NCBI GenBank assembly: GCA_002811645.1 | Contig: PDIP01000145.1 | Span: 66,050-130,049, forward strand | Length of the DNA: 64,000 nt | Reading direction: 5' to 3' | From: Corallochytrium limacisporum Hawaii | Lineage: Eukaryota; Protista; Pluriformea | Shown here: positions 59,203-64,000 of the stretch, piece by piece | Layout of the letters: every line of letters begins with the position of its first letter | How positions within the stretch are numbered: the first letter of the stretch is position 1 | Notes under the pieces: model-generated | What the model saw: the letters and a program-made list of their open reading frames with translations, nothing else | Told to the model about the DNA's origin: nothing | Database searches by the model: none | Program-made: the position numbers and the translations under genes

Positions 59203-61644
59203 CTATAAGCCGTCCGGAATACAAGCTTCGATCACGCCGCAAGAGTCGCCATCTCCGCATTGGACACAGGTGTTCGGATTATCCTGGTCGCACTGGCAGC
59301 CACCGTCAGCGCACTCAGCACAGTCAGTCGAGTCTGCGTCAAACCAACAAGTTTGGCCGGTATGCCTGACAGTCCACTCGTTAAGAGTGCAACCGCCATT
59401 GTCGCCACCGTTGTCACCCCCGTTGTCACCGCCGTTGTCGCCGCCGTTGTCGCCGCCGTTGTCGCCACCGTTATCGCCACCGTTATCGCCACCGTCGGGC
59501 TCACATGCTTCAGCGGCCGCGCATGCTTCCTCAAAACCATCGCCGCACGGGACGCAAACTCTGTGATTGTTTACGTTACAGCCGCAACCACCGTTTTTAC
59601 ACAAGGCACAGTCATCTCGGTTAGCGTCAAACCAACAAGTGTCGCCTCCGGGGCTGAGTGTCCATTCGTTGAGAGTGCAGTCACCGCCATTGTCACCGCC
59701 ATTGTCACCGCCATTGTCACCACCATCCCCAGAGTCATCGATTGAACCGTATTCGTATGTCACACCTGCGCTGGCGGCGATCAACGCTCGCTGTCCATCA
59801 TTAGAGAGGACAGCGCCCGCTGATGTGCCGTCTACCGCAGCTGGGAGAGTGATACCTTCTAGGGGAACATTACAGGAGGCATTGGTGCGGATGCTGACGT
59901 AGGTTACGATGCCTTCACCGCTGCGCTGCAGTACAACCTCGGGGTTGCAGTTGTTAAGAGCAGCGCGTGCCCGGAAAATATGGGCAATATCGTCTTGCTT
60001 GAAGGAGCGGATGGGCAGTGTCAGATACTCATGGATAGTCTCGGCCAATGTGCTGACATGGAGAGACACCAGGCTGTTAGTGGAACCAGAGATGGGATTG
60101 GTGTTCATGTTAGCCTGATGGTACATTAGGGGATCCTGGCGCAGGGCCATGATTGGCGGACCCAATTCCACCGTAGCTTCATAATCCATCTGTTCTTCGA
60201 TGCTGTTGAAGGTGAATCCCCAACCGTTCACGATGTTCAGATTCTGTTCCGGTGTTGCCGCGTTCCAAATGATGAATGTGGGATGCCGTGGGATGAGCGT
60301 GACGCCAGCGTATCCATTGGTCTGAACAGTGGAAGTCCAAGGAAGATAGTTACGGCGGGTAGATTCTGTGTAGCTGTGTTCCGGGTTACCATTGTCGGTG
60401 AGTCCATTGTTTATGCCAAGTCGAGCCATTGCCATCAAGACGTCGCCGTTTTGCATGCCGGAGTATTGGCCGCACAGTAGGGAATTGGGTGACCATGTAC
60501 TGTAGCCACGCAGACCGAGAACGTCCTCTGCAATGTGTTTGTTGTACAATATTTCAAGTTCCGTATCTCCATCGCTGAGCACCGCCATATTGGCATGGGT
60601 CATGGTGTGGCTATACCAGTTGAAGCCCTCTTTCCAGCTGCTCGATTGGGCCGCTTGGGCGAGAGGAAAGGCGTCCACCCAACCCTGCCAGAAGCTCTGA
60701 TCATTCCACCAATTGTCGGGCCAAGGATTCACGTACTTGTCGGAATTAGTACCAGCCAGTGAAAACGCATCCACGTCCTTTGCACTGGAATCGTAAGCAC
60801 CCCATTCAAAGCTGCTGGTCACTCCGCCGAGCGCGATGCCCATGCCATTGAATACCAGGTCGAGCCTGATGGCGTCACCGTACGCAGAATTGTGGGAGTC
60901 CTGCCAATTCAAATGCCAGCTGACCTCATCCACAGAAACCTGCTCTGTGTCATTAAGGAAGAAGTCGTCAATCTGGGGTGAAACATTAAGCTGGCGAGTA
61001 CCAACGAAGGATCCTCGCGTAACCCATTGAAGTGCCAAGTGCTGCAAAGCCAGCCCTTCCATGTAGCTTGAGTTAAGATCACTTAGGACGTACAGGACGA
61101 GACCAGCGTTATCCTCAAACACCACAGCTCTGGATGTATTGGACCCGGTGGATACGAGGGTACGGTATCCCGACTGACTGTTGATGTAGTCAAAGTTTAG
61201 CGACGGAGCAGGCCAGGCCTGCCCGCGATTAATAACGCCGCTAGCAAAGGCAGTGTTAGTGGCATTGGGACGCAGGGTATTCTCCGACGTAGCGATGCGG
61301 CTGTTATTGATGGGTCCACCCCAATTCAAGGCTATCCAGCGGGCGCCGTACTGAGAGCTGTAGCTGGTGATGGTGTTCGCGACAGGAGAACTTACCGAGC
61401 CGAGAGTGATAATGCAGTCGTAGTTGCCGACACCATTGCTGGACAGTGAACCACTGTTGACTACACTGAGGTAGGTCATGGGCATACCAGTCCCTTTGAA
61501 GACCTGAAGACCATCTCCATTGAAATTGTTAATCACTGCGCATCCTGCCTTGGTGGGTGAGTATGCTGTGGTCACAGCAGCGCAAAACAAGATCAACAGG
61601 GCCAGCCAGCAGACCGGGTGATCGCGATACTGAGCGCTTGACAT
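59203..61644 (-). CDS. Agd3-like (CE18-type) deacetylase, secreted, paralogue 3 (813 aa), with two 10-Cys modules and (GGDN)n linkers
   Basis: Signal peptide (..CWLALLILFCAAVTTA). N-terminal region FKGTGMP..GNYDCII..YSSQYGARWI resembles the Agd3 N-terminal carbohydrate-binding domain. Motifs PQIDDFFL, SHTMTHANM, IPRHPTFI, LRQDPLMYHQANM. No TM segment. Confidence 0.88.
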   Translation of the reverse strand: MSSAQYRDHPVCWLALLILFCAAVTTAYSPTKAGCAVINNFNGDGLQVFKGTGMPMTYLSVVNSGSLSSNGVGNYDCIITLGSVSSPVANTITSYSSQYGARWIALNWGGPINNSRIATSENTLRPNATNTAFASGVINRGQAWPAPSLNFDYINSQSGYRTLVSTGSNTSRAVVFEDNAGLVLYVLSDLNSSYMEGLALQHLALQWVTRGSFVGTRQLNVSPQIDDFFLNDTEQVSVDEVSWHLNWQDSHNSAYGDAIRLDLVFNGMGIALGGVTSSFEWGAYDSSAKDVDAFSLAGTNSDKYVNPWPDNWWNDQSFWQGWVDAFPLAQAAQSSSWKEGFNWYSHTMTHANMAVLSDGDTELEILYNKHIAEDVLGLRGYSTWSPNSLLCGQYSGMQNGDVLMAMARLGINNGLTDNGNPEHSYTESTRRNYLPWTSTVQTNGYAGVTLIPRHPTFIIWNAATPEQNLNIVNGWGFTFNSIEEQMDYEATVELGPPIMALRQDPLMYHQANMNTNPISGSTNSLVSLHVSTLAETIHEYLTLPIRSFKQDDIAHIFRARAALNNCNPEVVLQRSGEGIVTYVSIRTNASCNVPLEGITLPAAVDGTSAGAVLSNDGQRALIAASAGVTYEYGSIDDSGDGGDNGGDNGGDNGGDCTLNEWTLSPGGDTCWFDANRDDCALCKNGGCGCNVNNHRVCVPCGDGFEEACAAAEACEPDGGDNGGDNGGDNGGDNGGDNGGDNGGDNGGDNGGCTLNEWTVRHTGQTCWFDADSTDCAECADGGCQCDQDNPNTCVQCGDGDSCGVIEACIPDGL
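59392..59495 (-). repeat. Coding 12-bp tandem repeat encoding (GGDN)x8; a shorter copy lies at about 59680-59725
   Basis: Directly visible in DNA and protein. Confidence 0.95.
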
Positions 61645-62049
61645 ATTGATAGGGTCACGTTGTTCTTGTTAGAATTTAAGTCTTTGCATAGTATTGCTGT
61701 TCATGAACTTTTGTTTTCAAATAGAGAGTACTATAGAACCAAACTGTAAGCTCAAAATCCAAACCAGGTCCTCGGTTGAAAGATCCTGTTCTATTGGTCC
61801 GGGTGATGCAAGTGTTCGATCCTCAGAATACTCGATATGAATACCTTAATTTACAAAGACGAACAAACAGACAACATAGAAGCTTGTATGACACCATTCA
61901 TGGCGTACCTAACATTTAAACAGTGACACACGAAGAATTCTGCCGGAGGCCTATCGCTTCGACCTTCCCATGCGATATATCGCCGAACTCACCCCGCGTT
62001 TCCCCTTTCCCCCCTTCCCCCCTTCTCCCTGGCCCACCACTGCCACCCC

Positions 62050-63150
62050 GCGAATTGCCAACTCCCTTGCAAGTTTGTGGTGTTTCGGTATTGTGAAACC
62101 GATTGGATTCCCGACCATATGTTGGATGCTCTTATGCATCCGTAGCGTGCGCATGCAGGAATGCGCTCCCTGTACCAACATTGAGACGGCTCACCTCAAG
62201 ATAGCAGCCATAAACACTCAGACCGTACTGCTTAGTGTCTTAAACATGGAGCAAAAACCCAGAACCTCCCTATTTTAACGAGTGGCATCTCCCTTTGCAT
62301 CTCGAATGTGCACCCATACGTTACATAAAGGATTGATGCGCACGGCATCCCCTGTCCAGATCTCTTATCCTCATCTTCCATCTAACTCTCCTAGGATTCA
62401 TCGTCCGAAGAAATTGGGGAGCCCTCAGTCAACCGCGGTCAAAGCGGAACGTAGGCGTTCTGTATGAGGGCCACGACGGAGGGATTCCTGGGCACTGCTC
62501 GGTGGGTCGGCCACGGGCCCTTCTCCTCCTCCCAGTGCAAAATTTGCTGACCATGCCGGCCCCTCCTCCAATTCCCTTTTCACGTTTTCATTTGAGAGAA
62601 GGCGTATGCTCAATTCACTGGACCACAGTAAGGCAAGACACCTGTGATGTGTACAGGCGATGCTCTGTACTATTCTGTCAGGGAAACGCCCACCGACAAA
62701 AAGGAAACTTCCGTCCTGGGGATTTGCCGCGTAATGGCCTGCTGAGAGAAGGAGATCCTCTTTTGTCCTAATCGCACAACAATCTGCTTGAATTTGCATT
62801 TATAAACAGTGAGTGAAATTTGCTCGTGCATACCTCGCTGTGGTACTTTTTGAATACATTGGGATAGTCAAGTCCGGTCAATGACTAAGCGTGTACCCAT
62901 TAAATGGAGATTCTCCAATTAATCTGTCACCGGATGTGTTGGCGCATCTCCTTCATATCCAAACAGTGAAGTGAATATCTCCAAGGTTGCGTGTGCTCAC
63001 GGCCGCTGTCGCACGCTCCCTGGGGTTAAGCTATGACCGAGTTCTGACTTTCCTCTGGGGGTCACTTCTTCAGAGGTTAGTACCGGTGACAAGTCCTCTG
63101 CATGCCCTATCATGTCTTAATTTAGCACCAATACCATAGTTAATCAATGA
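62050..63150 (-). mobile_element. Decayed Ty3/Gypsy RNaseH-integrase relic
   Basis: Ordered remnants: LGDIHFTVWI*RRCANTSGDRL (~62920-62985, LxEYDFxIxYxPGxxNxxADxLS), SAGHYA..SIACTHHRC (62640-62745, HHCC), GPAWSANF (~62550), LTAVD (~62430), GMPCASILYVTYGCTF (~62305-62350, HGxPxxIxSDxGxxF), NPIGFT (~62100). Confidence 0.5.
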
Positions 63151-64000
63151 ACACAATCCAATGGTAAACACCTCAGTTCTGTACAACTTCACTCCAAATG
63201 CTAACCAAAGATAAAACTAAGAACCTCCTCCTCCCACCACTTTTTCTTTTCTTCCTCGTCCGCCCAAGTAAAAGAACACTGGAAGGCTAACAATGAAAAA
63301 GGGAAACCAACAACCCCCCCCTCTTCCCCACCCGAGGGCCGGGGTTGTCCAAGGCAAAGGCGCGAGAAACTTCATCACCACGCTACCGCTAATACAACCG
63401 TACTCCATTTTCGCTTGCGTCATGCGGGTGGGTGCGCACCCGATACCCATATTTGGGCCGGGGCTGTCGGGCATATGTATTTATTATGGTTACCTCTCCC
63501 TCTTCTCGGGGACCTAAACACCCTCCCTCTCTCCCCCGGGGGGGGGGGGTTCTCTCTCTCTTTTTTTTCTTTCTTTTTTCTTCCTTTTGAACCCCCCCCC
63601 CGGCTTTGGCTTGGCTTCCCCGTGCTGTTTGACTCCCTTTGCTTTTTGACCCTCCTCGCTCCTTCCGCTCCAGCACGGCTTTCGGCTGTCTGCCGCAGAG
63701 TTTTTTCTTTTCGCATTTAATATATGTGCCCGGAGCCGAAGTCTTCCAGGAGAACACAATACAAAAAAGTGGAATCCCGTAAAGTGAACAAAGGATCAAT
63801 TTTCCTCTCTCTTTCTTCTTTTTCGCCTTTGCTAACTAAGAATAAGAACCTTTTCCCGTTTGCTTTGTGTGGCGAGAGAGAGCGGAAAGTTGTTACGAGG
63901 TGTGGGCCTATTCAGTCCCTTGGAGGGTACCACCCTCTGTCTGGGAATATTGTATCAAATCTACTCATTTTGATTTAGCTCTGCCGTCGCTTGGGAGAGC

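Noticed and set aside
1-64000. rRNA, tRNA, CRISPR arrays or intact LTR pairs
   Set aside because: None recognised by eye; tRNAscan-SE, Infernal and LTR finders would be needed to exclude them.

Overview
Eukaryotic draft-assembly DNA with 7 N-gaps, many microsatellites and homopolymer tracts, and long genes that appear intron-free. The gene content (GT54/MGAT4-like enzyme, Maf/CNC-type basic-region factor, Agd3-like deacetylases) suggests an intron-poor opisthokont, possibly a unicellular holozoan; this is inference only. Nine credible protein genes: (1) 5'-truncated MGAT4-like GlcNAc-transferase with an (EQ)n tail; (2) unknown 4-TM protein; (3) zipper-less Maf/CNC (SKN-1-like) transcription factor with a Cys cluster; then a co-oriented minus-strand block of (4) signal-anchored pirin, (5) divergent multi-pass protein resembling DMT/nucleotide-sugar transporters, (6) sugar porter with altered binding residues, and (7-9) three Agd3/CE18-like polysaccharide deacetylases. 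Two deacetylases are membrane-tethered and come from a ~6 kb tandem duplication with signs of gene conversion; the third is secreted. All three carry a 10-Cys module I cannot assign to a known family (4 copies). The gene-free stretches at about 5.5-23 kb and 56-63 kb hold heavily decayed Ty3/Gypsy and LINE relics, recognised only by manual motif reading. Best candidate for a new system: the deacetylase array with its Cys module, with or without the adjacent transporters, as a cell-surface glycan-remodelling locus. All family calls come from remembered motifs, not database searches.
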